From: Candidatus Omnitrophota bacterium
Lineage (GTDB): Bacteria > Omnitrophota > Gorgyraeia > Zapsychrales > Fredricksoniimonadaceae
Assembly (NCBI GenBank): GCA_013285735.1
Contig: JABDGZ010000002.1
Location: 5,952-69,951, forward strand
DNA: 64,000 nt
Direction of reading: 5' to 3'
The notes below the pieces were generated by a model that searched no databases, was not told the DNA's origin, and saw nothing but the letters and a program-made list of their open reading frames with translations. This document shows, piece by piece, positions 57,401-63,900 of this stretch. The stretch's first letter is position 1. Each line of letters opens with the position of its first letter. Both the position numbers and the translations under genes were made by a program.

Positions 57401-57495
57401 GAAGTAACGATAAAAGCAACTAAAATAACTATAGAAGTAATTTTATATATTCTTCTTAACATAATCTTAACAATTTTTAGGGTACATGGGACCAT
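48436..57495 (-). CDS. Giant (3019 aa) head-cargo-tail paralog A: signal peptide, conserved head, SAM-MTase, unknown regions, M3 zinc peptidase, 2 receiver domains, conserved tail
   Basis: Uninterrupted 9,060-nt ORF; domain motifs are listed in the sub-features below. The start is either 57495 (GGGAG 2 nt upstream, which is too close) or M12 at 57462. Both give a signal-peptide-like N-terminus ...IVTSVKSPAYA/QL. Confidence 0.9.
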   Translation of the reverse strand: MVPCTLKIVKIMLRRIYKITSIVILVAFIVTSVKSPAYAQLSQDQMPRLPMPGVMVHLSPEFTPAYLQGITIHPDNALQFDFLIHKGDQELDSDQKKLEYTKLVKYFLASLTIPDEDQWVNLSPYEHNRIIKDDFGKTEMGRDLLAQDYMLKQITSSLIYPEDGLGKKFWARIYERAWKEYHTTSIPVNTFNKVWIVPDQAIVYESGNTAYILQSHLKVMLEEDYLSLQKHSAINNVIPAKAGIHNKNNTHAIASQVIREIILPELEKEVNEGKNFASLRQMYSGMVLATWYKKALKESLLGKVYADKAKVKGVDQDPKTNEAIYERYLKAFKKGVFNYIKEDVDKYTNEAIPRKYFSGGFRRSLVRMGPNGIPYLVPNVAVVHDFVTLPAEVVDQIPDEFAEGKDEVVKTDIHGTGEKENLNSGDEAMNGDQRPPLWNTPEVFRMYNEFRQDFRPATSMVVGNTLAQYFGHTTSPILEIGSGEGELSRLAQGMRGRIIQSDVIEDNLKRNQYDTPKIVVNVNAMQFPNNSIPGIVSYAVLDTFFDLDHATAEMHRVLREDGLMVGFIDLAPSADVVMASQDAVFFPAVSFMPGTNQKVMRSYLKVNRRALAMSFATSRHKMHDADVKLLSDYLKDPLKYFVEIQNSPAQLQEQYEGLFADILRILKVRSVKVDAVDMFKTALDASLQKAGFQLIESEIKGATLEVNRMQVRNIPSNANVMIFNTGNRVFYHDPSIPSGKVKVESNVLVVVARKISAPGQTQVTISSETGLSDKVSKIEDAATRINAVPGFDRGTVLAIARSLEYPELRSQLWQTAYADEKFRGILQDALPGIEIRPDEQNYPKDAQEIAEFLIQVALVMPDNAMTIENKKAREEMRLLPEGTVLINPKSGERWIIKDQFLTKIVTGHEAAVSYPLAPVSDERLYGSPSYHWHPGAKAIEEFKRLKVLARPRGVAVVLYDGIAKVDREITQEGEYAYKLTEYRAGTFSIVDQQQGVVKFFGLSSLIAPLARQYESEEKSLKAVGVDARGAVVYIKGVKKIYTEKVNKNNQVVIRTSTHKITISNDGVEINTVLDEPLPENNFEELTAEEFKAKINAARDRLEAEVEEIINRPVEQRTFQNTVAAFDIARAELFNALDWQIIPFVTPDTELHNTAEAIRLATNQLLMGYIYLGTVTREDIGADWDEVSKKLVENGWAWRISPTKIRITVNLNDKNLVAKMTAAIGDDFESRILPVLRKSRTRSEIYDAIAEYQAKGEKLDETDQYLLDWTLDDFRDLGIGLSGLKLTDEQQARVLEIRGEIGGLISQFQANLGGYKMNIQVSESDLEGIFKGDELKSFYDPQTEGYVINKFSSPIQYDRFMQLSTNAALRKQVEFAYNNRAAGEEVVTKDQFEKDKTNGLSWDEDSQILIDNGWARRKSPTEIVLTLKLRQDSERMSAIFGDKFSRILPILQQSLNNVSLLEEVLGRREELAKILGYDTYADYIIKRYMSNDRQEVESFLNQLKTGLMPLVAEEEAQLLDIKKETDRSATKIENWERAYYQNLLRERILGFDPSKLSELFPIDRTINNILDIYQEILDVTFTEVPRGSTNAWHKDARLFSVSDTTTGNFIGQFYLDIKAHDGKQGGFAVFNMRRAYEHPDGTYEPTVEGMVANFSGNNFTYKEVAIFMHEFGHLMHAALTRAKYPSLSGIHGVKRGADEVPSQMFENMVYHPEILRRIIGKNGRIQGKKVSDDLLNKMIASSKVGQAYTWLERVALSLVDLRYHTGVPGSSTEVYFNTMNEAGIYPTAGTHYQAAWRHIMGSNYDARFSTYAESLGVAEDDGERFIKAMRIVGEGDDRTVDFDPQVGREFRTLILEPGGSNHEAENQEEFLGHPPSDKPLLRFLGLGDQSMTTVIDPKVRVEDQLKACEELIRAGERDDANAELSLAYSNLVALHQQMGLTVDLGNLFDEYFRLKYAVVYYQRNDLNAVKEAIEAMESLADFDRTSFIDQLPPLAKLIGNKIIEALIANHVLIELPSGKLCMVFAKMNLLERRTKVLGVETRSILEKVYGSKSGTVETYLKFKKEYEKGSVRPSGDRGRFETTYEENGPVIQRYMKNGTKALDSENFEQAKIEFEKAKALLETLDVKSLRPFFLYQYVDDVRGFNRRILGFALVSPIPVPGSDFERSRVVLRSEKMVKSALLKETDDAVRNQEYWYWAQPKAIRELSFVGDYQVAISAFFKKLLGELGGSYSVEDLPIIVDLICGYLRTVGVNKLLNGGETRFPIGIYLNSRGEAVNVRDEVRGLPMVTSRRAEVVMQMVDHILRQSDELHSLLFQDRTIFPKLIEIFRVIMNRALDVQSTEIAVESLIYLSQRSATTTEDQTGRFMSGVASIIDYASPYELTKIAESFEKRPRSSVIPQHKELILRMINELREAREGVVVGRLRRTYYTQISGREGPIDPRRITVQRLADILNGRKNGIGEVSQIVSAMPLADLDNIITSRDRGEIEIAASTINDTIALNAVLEGAASLKWKQWRAEDFPIEVNPIKAGASLSNSCIVVEKILQRHPDEKVVLVWPISNYAEIRVPVTYEDVYKPGTELNVHVEVLYERALNQWAGTFAGRRYFEENPRRRSAFVARDLFADVAMTTTGEKVVVVAEDEIFIQMDITDALRRMGYVVLEAHNPKQLAKIMEEHGEEVDALVTDVRGWIPTIKEALDKVEQDHGKKIPVFATSGDSSAADLRAAGIPIEDGHFFAKGRFNLSSEVGKAVKKVLDTAMITTRSMEDLKTFFTGKNILIIDDEEPITKSLGMWGKVLGLNVTIANNGEEALKLLEDPDKKFDGMISDINMPVMDGEELARRISISTDPRVSNMPRVFWSGNHGEYSKPGEHLPFKNMPKIMRLLPKPMSTPELLSNLADVMDNSMTVRQLASSLSLLVAAALPAFGSGVNVVSRPTHMDTFTFSGMAPAVSSEDLGGINFNSSNLNLIIRRDGRGVPLPMALQDMTRLNNIQGFIPEIIEIRPAVNLPILSELQHKLQASST
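48439..48639 (-). other. Conserved tail domain (paralog A), unknown family
   Basis: GGINFNSSNLNLIIRRDGRGVPLPMALQDMTRLNNIQGFIPEIIEIRPAVNLPILSELQHKLQ. Equivalent tails lie at 34111-34300 (B) and 60962-61177 (C). Confidence 0.8.
48817..49182 (-). other. Receiver (REC) domain 2 within paralog A, canonical
   Basis: NILIIDDEE ... GMISDINMPVMDG ... VFWSG ... LLPKP. Confidence 0.8.
49261..49605 (-). other. Receiver (REC) domain 1 within paralog A, divergent
   Basis: KVVVVAEDE ... ALVTDVRG ... VFATSGD ... FFAKG. Confidence 0.6.
51850..54264 (-). other. M3-family (thimet oligopeptidase / Dcp / oligopeptidase A-like) zinc metallopeptidase domain within paralog A
   Basis: HEFGH at 52480-52494 (aa 1668-1672), followed ~25 aa later by DEVPSQMFENMV, the E-x-PSQ third-ligand motif of M3. 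N-terminal helical region RTFQNTVAAFD. Contains two inserted ~55-aa repeats. Confidence 0.8.
55786..56133 (-). other. Class I SAM-dependent methyltransferase domain within paralog A
   Basis: Motif I ILEIGSGEGE (I477 at 56065-56067), acidic post-I IIQSD, NAMQFPNNSIPGIVS, and HRVLREDGLMV. Confidence 0.7.
56416..57360 (-). other. Conserved head domain (paralog A), unknown family
   Basis: aa ~45-360, ending IPRKYFSGG. Collinear with 36043-36990 (paralog B) and 63113-64000 (paralog C). Confidence 0.8.
56763..56787. repeat. Hairpin repeat family 1, in frame inside the giant gene (encodes VIPAKAGIH)
   Basis: ggattcccgctttcgcgggaatgac. Paralogs B and C lack these ~12 codons at the aligned position. 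Confidence 0.85.
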
Positions 57496-57525
57496 TTCTC
57501 CCTGTTTTCAAGCTATATAGGGAAG

Positions 57526-57544
57526 TGTGCCATATTATATAAGC
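57526..57544 (-). promoter_or_regulatory. Conserved upstream motif (minus strand TATAATATGGCACAC), includes a TATAAT -10-like hexamer
   Basis: Shared with 37097-37117 upstream of paralog B. Lies 31-49 nt upstream of the ATG at 57495. Confidence 0.3.
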
Positions 57545-57566
57545 ACTGTCAAGTGAGTGGGCTTTT

Positions 57567-57974
57567 TTAAGGATAAATAAACTGAATCGGCGTTTGAACG
57601 TCCGGATGCAGGCTTTTATGCACTGGACAGCTCTGGGCTGCGGCTTCAAGCATGCTGCGCTTATCCTGAGGAATGCCAGGAGCCATATGAAGGATAACAC
57701 TGATACTGCCAATACGCCGCACAGGTGCAGTGATCATTTCCTTGCTAACTTCAACCTTAGTCCCTTTAATATCAATATTATGCTTTGCTGCGGCAATGCC
57801 CATAATGGTGAGCATACAAGAGCCTAAAGCTGCTGCCACTAAATCAGTTGGAGAAAAAGCTTCTCCACGGCCCATATTATCCTTGGGAGCATCTGTACGG
57901 ATAACAGTGCCTGAAGGTTCGTGGGTTAAACTGCAGCGCAGCTGACCTTCATAAATAATATTCGTTTTAACCAT
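57567..57974 (-). CDS. OsmC/Ohr-family peroxiredoxin-like protein
   Basis: ~135 aa with two conserved Cys contexts (ALGSCMLT and AAQSCPVHKSL). Confidence 0.8.
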   Translation of the reverse strand: MVKTNIIYEGQLRCSLTHEPSGTVIRTDAPKDNMGRGEAFSPTDLVAAALGSCMLTIMGIAAAKHNIDIKGTKVEVSKEMITAPVRRIGSISVILHMAPGIPQDKRSMLEAAAQSCPVHKSLHPDVQTPIQFIYP

Positions 57975-57991
57975 ATTTACTCCTATCTTAT

Positions 57992-58021
57992 GGATCCCCG
58001 ATTAAAACATTCGGGGATGAC
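57992..58021. repeat. Hairpin repeat family 1, sequence variant (GGATCCCCGA...TCGGGGATGAC)
   Basis: ggatccccgattaaaacattcggggatgac; lies between the MFS and OsmC genes. Confidence 0.6.
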
Positions 58022-58062
58022 GAACAACTGTGAGTGTCGGGTATGACGACCCGTTAAAAACG

Positions 58063-59328
58063 CTAATGAACAGGCTCTATGATAATGCCTTTTTGAATAT
58101 ACACCGGCCTTATATACTTTCTTAGTGTTTTCAGCTGTAAAGCGTATACGATGGCAGCTATGATACAAAATAATCCACCCCAGAGCAAGGTATTATCCGC
58201 CCCGATTTTTGCGGCCAAAACTCCTGAAAATAAAGAACCAAAAGGCGACAGGCCCATAAATGCCATTGTATAAAAACTCATCACGCGCCCCCGCTTGTCT
58301 TCCTCGACGATAGTTTGCAAAATAATATTGGAAGATGCCATCTGCACCATCATACCGAATCCGGAAAATAAAAGTATCGGCATGCCAATCATCAAAACAG
58401 ATGTGCGGGAAAAAACAATGATCCCTAGACCAAAAATGCCGGCTGCCCATGCAATAACCTTACCTAAACCCAAAACATTTTTCCGTCCAGCTAAATAAAT
58501 AGCTCCGGTCAATGCCCCTAAACCCGATGCCGCCATCAATAATCCCAAGGTCCTTGAACCGCCATGAAAAATATCTCTGGCAAAAACAGGCATCAAGGCC
58601 TGGCTGCCCCCGGCAACAAAACTAATCACTGCTAAGAGCATTAAAATAGTACGGATCGGCATAAAATTTAAAGCATACGAAAAGCCTTCTTTTAGCTGGA
58701 GCATAACTGGTTCCTTATGACGGCTCGAACGCTCCCAACGGGGTAGTTTCATCATCACTAAAGAAAACAACACCGCGATATAACTCAACGCATTGATCAA
58801 AAAACATGTGCCTTCCCCGAAGAGGGCAATCAAAATACCCCCGATGGACGGGCCGATGAGACGGGCAGCATTCACCATGGAAGAATTAAGCGCAATGGCA
58901 TTACTTAAATCTTCTCTCTCGTTAATCATGTCCACCGTAAAAGACTGGCGTACCGGAATATCAAAGGCATTCACAGCCCCTAAAAAGAAACTCAAACAAA
59001 GGATATGCCAGACCGCAATCGTATGCGTCACGTAAAGCACAAAAAGCACCAATGCCTGCAGCATAGCTAAAGATTGGGTGATGAGTAAAAGACGGTGGCG
59101 ATGATGGCGGTCAGCAATCACACCAGCCAAAGGAGCCAAAAGAAAGGTGGATATCTGACTGGAGAAGCCGACTAATCCTAACAAAAACGCGGAATTAGTC
59201 ATACTATAGACCAACCAGGAAACCGCAATCATCTGCATCCATGTACCGATAAGCGAAATGCTCTGCCCGGCGAAAAAAAGACGATAATTTTTATGGCGCA
59301 AGGCGCGAAAAACTGTTTTAATGTTCAT
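58063..59328 (-). CDS. MFS transporter (EntS/DUF894-like)
   Basis: 12 TM segments; GVIADRHHRHRLL loop motif between TM2 and TM3. Confidence 0.8.
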   Translation of the reverse strand: MNIKTVFRALRHKNYRLFFAGQSISLIGTWMQMIAVSWLVYSMTNSAFLLGLVGFSSQISTFLLAPLAGVIADRHHRHRLLLITQSLAMLQALVLFVLYVTHTIAVWHILCLSFFLGAVNAFDIPVRQSFTVDMINEREDLSNAIALNSSMVNAARLIGPSIGGILIALFGEGTCFLINALSYIAVLFSLVMMKLPRWERSSRHKEPVMLQLKEGFSYALNFMPIRTILMLLAVISFVAGGSQALMPVFARDIFHGGSRTLGLLMAASGLGALTGAIYLAGRKNVLGLGKVIAWAAGIFGLGIIVFSRTSVLMIGMPILLFSGFGMMVQMASSNIILQTIVEEDKRGRVMSFYTMAFMGLSPFGSLFSGVLAAKIGADNTLLWGGLFCIIAAIVYALQLKTLRKYIRPVYIQKGIIIEPVH

Positions 59329-59349
59329 AGAATTTTTAATTATATCAAA

Positions 59350-59378
59350 GATTCCCGCTTAAAGCATGCGGGAATGAC
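59350..59378. repeat. Hairpin repeat family 1
   Basis: gattcccgcttaaagcatgcgggaatgac; in the divergent MFS intergenic region. Confidence 0.75.
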
Positions 59379-59390
59379 ATTATTTAATTT

Positions 59391-60653
59391 ATGCCAAGCA
59401 AAATTTCAACTCATCACTTTGCCACTGCCCTTAAAAATCCTGATATCCGTTTTTGGATCGGTTCTGTTGGATTTTTTACTTTAGGCAGCCGGGCTTTGGC
59501 CGTGGTCATTGGTTTTCAAATTTATAGAATCACCCATAGTGCTTTGTGCTTGGGCTGGTTAGGCCTCGTCGAAGCTATTCCAGCTCTTTCGTTGGTTTTG
59601 ATAGGCGGTTATGTGGCCGATCATTTTAGCCGCCGTAAAATCCTTTTAATTACCAGAGCATCGTCTTGTATTTGTGCTTTAGCCTTAGCCTCCTTGTCTG
59701 CGCAAAGTTATGCTCATTCCCTGATAGGTCTTTACGCTGTTGTTTTCGCCGCTGGAATCGCCCGCGGTTTCGCAGACCCTGCCAACAGCGCCTTTGAAGC
59801 CCAAATAGTGCCTAAGACAATAACTGTTAATGGTGCGTCCTGGATTGCCAGTGTCTGGGTTGGATGTTCTGTCGTGGGACCTGCTATTATTGGTTTTGTA
59901 TTTGATGCTTGGGGTGCTTATGGCAGCTACATTCTCATCACAGCCTTTTTTATTCTCTCCTGGTTTTTCACCCTGGCGATTGGCCCCAAACCCCAAATCA
60001 TGCCTCAACAAAAAGAACCTATTTTAAAAAGCATTACTTCAGGCTGGCGCTTTGTATTGAGCCAGCAGCCTCTTTGGGGTGCCATGACCCTGGATTTAAT
60101 TGCCGTTCTTTTTGGTGGAGTGATCGCCCTTTTGCCGATTTATGCCAGCGATATTTTACACGTCGGCGCCAAAGGTCTGGGCTTGCTTAATGCCGCCACC
60201 TCGGTAGGGGCTTTGGCCACTATGCTCTATGCAACCAAACACCCGCCCATTGCCAAGGCTGGACGCAATTTACTTTTTACCGTCGCTGGTTTTGGCGTGA
60301 GTATACTTATTTTTGGCTTCTCTAAAAATTTCTTATTGTCTCTATTCGCTTTGGCCTTAAGCGGTGTGTTCGACGGGATCAGCATGGTGATACGGCGCTC
60401 CATGGTCAGGCTTTTATCACCTGATGATATGCGCGGACGGATCTCTGCGGTGAGTTGGATATTCATCTGTTCTTCTAATGAATTAGGGGCTTTTGAAAGC
60501 GGCATGATGGCAGCGTGGATCGGGGCCATCCCTTGCGTTGCCGTCGGCGGTGTTATTACTTTAGCGGTGGTGGGCTTGACGGCAAGTATCGCCCCGCAAC
60601 TGCGTAAGTTACGTTTTGATCCTCACACCATGGAACGCGTTTACTTACCGTAA
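59391..60653 (+). CDS. MFS transporter (EntS/DUF894-like), divergent paralog of 58063-59328
   Basis: 12 TM segments; GGYVADHFSRRKILL loop motif. Same architecture as its divergently transcribed neighbour. Confidence 0.8.
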   Translation: MPSKISTHHFATALKNPDIRFWIGSVGFFTLGSRALAVVIGFQIYRITHSALCLGWLGLVEAIPALSLVLIGGYVADHFSRRKILLITRASSCICALALASLSAQSYAHSLIGLYAVVFAAGIARGFADPANSAFEAQIVPKTITVNGASWIASVWVGCSVVGPAIIGFVFDAWGAYGSYILITAFFILSWFFTLAIGPKPQIMPQQKEPILKSITSGWRFVLSQQPLWGAMTLDLIAVLFGGVIALLPIYASDILHVGAKGLGLLNAATSVGALATMLYATKHPPIAKAGRNLLFTVAGFGVSILIFGFSKNFLLSLFALALSGVFDGISMVIRRSMVRLLSPDDMRGRISAVSWIFICSSNELGAFESGMMAAWIGAIPCVAVGGVITLAVVGLTASIAPQLRKLRFDPHTMERVYLP

Positions 60654-60931
60654 TCATTCCCAGTAAAAGAATTATCCCCGGCAAAAGGAGCAACCGTTGA
60701 GTTACCCACCTGCTGTTGATAACTATCCCCGGCAAAATAGGTATTGTCCGCTTGTATAGTGTTCGTTCCAACAAACTGATTATCTGTCTGTTGATGAACA
60801 TCTTCGCCTACAAATGAACTATTGTCCCCGACGAAAGAGCTGTCTGTCTTTTGTGCAACCTCATCGGCAAGAACTTTGTAGGTCAAGCTGAAACCGAATA
60901 ACACTAAAATCAGCAATAAATATTTCTTCAT
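60641..60931 (-). CDS. Small secreted protein made of F-x-G-[DET] repeats
   Basis: Signal peptide MKKYLLLILVLFGFSLTYKVLA, then SSFVGD, SSFVGE, NQFVGT, TYFAGD, APFAGD and NSFTGN. Lies 27 nt downstream of paralog C. Confidence 0.5.
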   Translation of the reverse strand: MKKYLLLILVLFGFSLTYKVLADEVAQKTDSSFVGDNSSFVGEDVHQQTDNQFVGTNTIQADNTYFAGDSYQQQVGNSTVAPFAGDNSFTGNDYGK

Positions 60932-60958
60932 AACCTTATTTTTAACACAAACAAGGAC

Positions 60959-63900
60959 CTAATTCAACACTTGATGGTACGGAATATCTGATTCAAGACT
61001 CAAGAAGACTGGCAGATTGGTAAGCGGAACAATGGATCGAATTTTAAATTCCAGGCCATCAAAACCCTCAGTCTTGATACGCGCAATCATGGCCGAGTCA
61101 AAGTTCATTGAGATACCCTTGTCACCTTTTTGAATATTCATTTTCATATTACGGGAATTGAAATCAATACCACCAGGATCTAGCATCGCCCCATCTTTTC
61201 CTGCTTTCTTTCTTTGAGCTGCCATTCTACTAAGTTTTTCATCATCATACGAGCTACTATAGTCACGGTCCTTTACCCTGGTGGTGGGCACTGTGTTAAA
61301 TTCTCGATCGAAAAAGATAGCGACTGTTCCATTTCTAAGATTAATTCTAGGTATTATCCTAATTACATTAACATGTCTTTCAAGAGAATCAGATAGAGGC
61401 ACTTTAACATGATATATCGCCGCCATAAATATAAAACGCCAAAGAATGTATTCACCATTATTAAGACCAATAATACCGACGGGAAAATTCATATTACAAG
61501 GGGCCTCTAATAATATAGGGTACATTTGTTTTTTCTCGACATCTGACATTGTAGGTAAAACCATATTAGAACCGTCTTTTCCTTTAAGACCATAAAACTT
61601 GTCTTGAATTACGCCATATTCAACTTTAATACCATTTTCGACTACCACCATTGGAACTATGTAACCATTGCTTATCAATTCCTGCCATTGGGCATCTGAA
61701 AATTTTTGTTTTATAACAGTCCGAACAAACAATCCAATGGTCGCATTTAGAATATCTCCCCCCTCAGAAGTAAAAATGAGCCTAGCTTCCTTAAAATATA
61801 CTCCATCTAAATGGGCCCAACGTAACAGTCTTTTTAATTGAGTACGTGTTGGTGAATCATCCAACATTAGCGGCCTGTTATAAATCTTCATTTTTTGACC
61901 TATTTCAGGACCATCTTCCTGCACCCCCAACTTCAAAACCAATCCTTTTTTAAATTTCCTTGGCGGTGCAAGCGTATCCATGGCTTGATCCTTAAACTGA
62001 ACAGCCCCTCCAAAAGGCTTGGCAGTAAAACTGTCTAAATTTTCTGGATCTTCTTGACTTAATTCTAGTACATAGCATTTTTGTTTATCTTTTTTTAATG
62101 ACATTTTGAAAAATACACCGATCCTTATTTGAATCTCTTCTAAATTCTTTAATTGAGCCTTTTGCAAAATATCATAAATTTGACTCTTCATCTTTAAATT
62201 CCAAGCTTTGGGAAGGGCCTTTATAAAATCTACTCTATTCATGTTATAGAATTGTTTGGAAATTCTACCTCTGATGTCGATAAATCCACCCTGTAACAAT
62301 ACCCCCCTTATCAAATGATCTACATCTGCTGACGGAGTTGGAGTGGTAGGCTGAGACGATTGAGAGATGGTTGAAAATGCTAGTTTTGCGACAACTCCAG
62401 AATTTTCGTTAAGAGAATCTGAAGCGGTATTTTCAAACAACTCTGCAATATTTTTGCTAACATCAATTTCTTTACCTAAAAGACTCTCATGAAAATATCC
62501 CATTGTCTTATCTAAAACGATTTTACCATTACCTTTAATAGCTTTGACTATAGCCTCTTCAGTAAGCGCAATGGCATGCTTGTTTTGATCTTGAGCTATC
62601 CTGTCAATAATTTGCCCTTGCTCTTTATTGGTCAAGTCTGTATCAACAATATAGGAAATACGGACCTTGGGGATTCCATTTCCTAAAATACGGATAATTT
62701 TCCTAATTAAAACTTTAGATTCCGAAACAGATTTTGGCCAGGATTCCGGCAATTTATCGAGTAAACGTGCTGTGCTTTCTTGACCTACAAATTCTTCTTT
62801 AGCTTCACGTGCCATAGCCTCCAATATGCTTTCACGATCTTTTTCTAAATAATACCATTTCAAAAATTTAGAAAATAAACTGCCCCGAAGGCCCTCTAAA
62901 CGCAAATCAAACACATCTTCCTTCTCAATGGTCTTCAACCCTTTAAACATTCCTAAAACTTTTGCCTTTGCTTTCGTCCCACCTATCAATGCTGAATCTA
63001 CACGGGCAGGAAAAGCATCAACAGTCGCAATAAATTCATGCCCCGGTGAATCTAACATTGAAGCATCAACATTCTCAACAACACTTGGCGTTATCCCCTC
63101 CCAAATATCTTCCCCACCTGAGAAATATTTTCTCGGAATAGATTGCTGACTGATTTTATCAATATCTTCTTTAATATAATTAAACACACCTTTCTTATAC
63201 GCCCGTAAGTAACGATTGAATATTTCTTCGTTGGTTTTTAGATCAGCCTGATTTATCCCAACCTTGACCTTACTTTGATTACCATAAATCTGTGTAAGGA
63301 TGGCATTTTTAAGAGCTGTTTTATACCAGCTGGCCAGGATCATCGAATAGAACATCTGACGTAAAGGGGCAAAATTTCTGCCTTGATTGACTTCCTTTTC
63401 GATTTGGGGAAGAATGATCGAACGGACTATATTAGACCCTACTGAGTCTATATTGTTGCGAATAACCGTGTGTTTCTGTCGCGCCAAGTAATCCTCTTCC
63501 AGCATCACCTTTAAATGCGCGCCAACCACATAGGCGACGTTGCCACGCTCATAAACATCCGCCCTGTCAGCCACTATCCACACCTTATTAAAGGTGTTAA
63601 CAGGCACTTGTGTTGTCCCGTATAATTCTTGAGCTTTAGAATAAACCTCATCCCAAAAAGTCTTACCCAAATTTTTCTCAGGATAAATCAAAGAAGCTGT
63701 TAATTGCTTCAAGATATAATCCTGCGCCAACATATCGCGGCCCATTTCTGTCTGGGCTAAGTTTGAAGCAATCATCCTGTTTTTCTCATAGGGAGACAGA
63801 TTGACCCATAAATCCTTTTCAGGAATGGTCATTGCGGCCAGGAAGTATTTGATGAGTTTTGAAGATTCTTGTTTGAGCTGTTTTTGTTGTTTGGAAAGGG

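Noticed and set aside
57983-58168. A 61-aa ORF ending ...FVIPECFNRGSIR, and ORF 57467-57712 upstream of the giant gene.
   Set aside because: The first is repeat-derived (the GGATCCCCGA hairpin) and overlaps the 3' end of the MFS gene. The second overlaps OsmC out of frame and spans an intergenic region. Neither has motifs or plausible start signals.
11130-59378. The dispersed short palindromic repeats might be a CRISPR array or a tRNA-like element.
   Set aside because: The copies are scattered singly over 48 kb in both orientations, with no regular spacing, no spacers and no cas genes. They are too short and too simple (a single hairpin) to be tRNAs.
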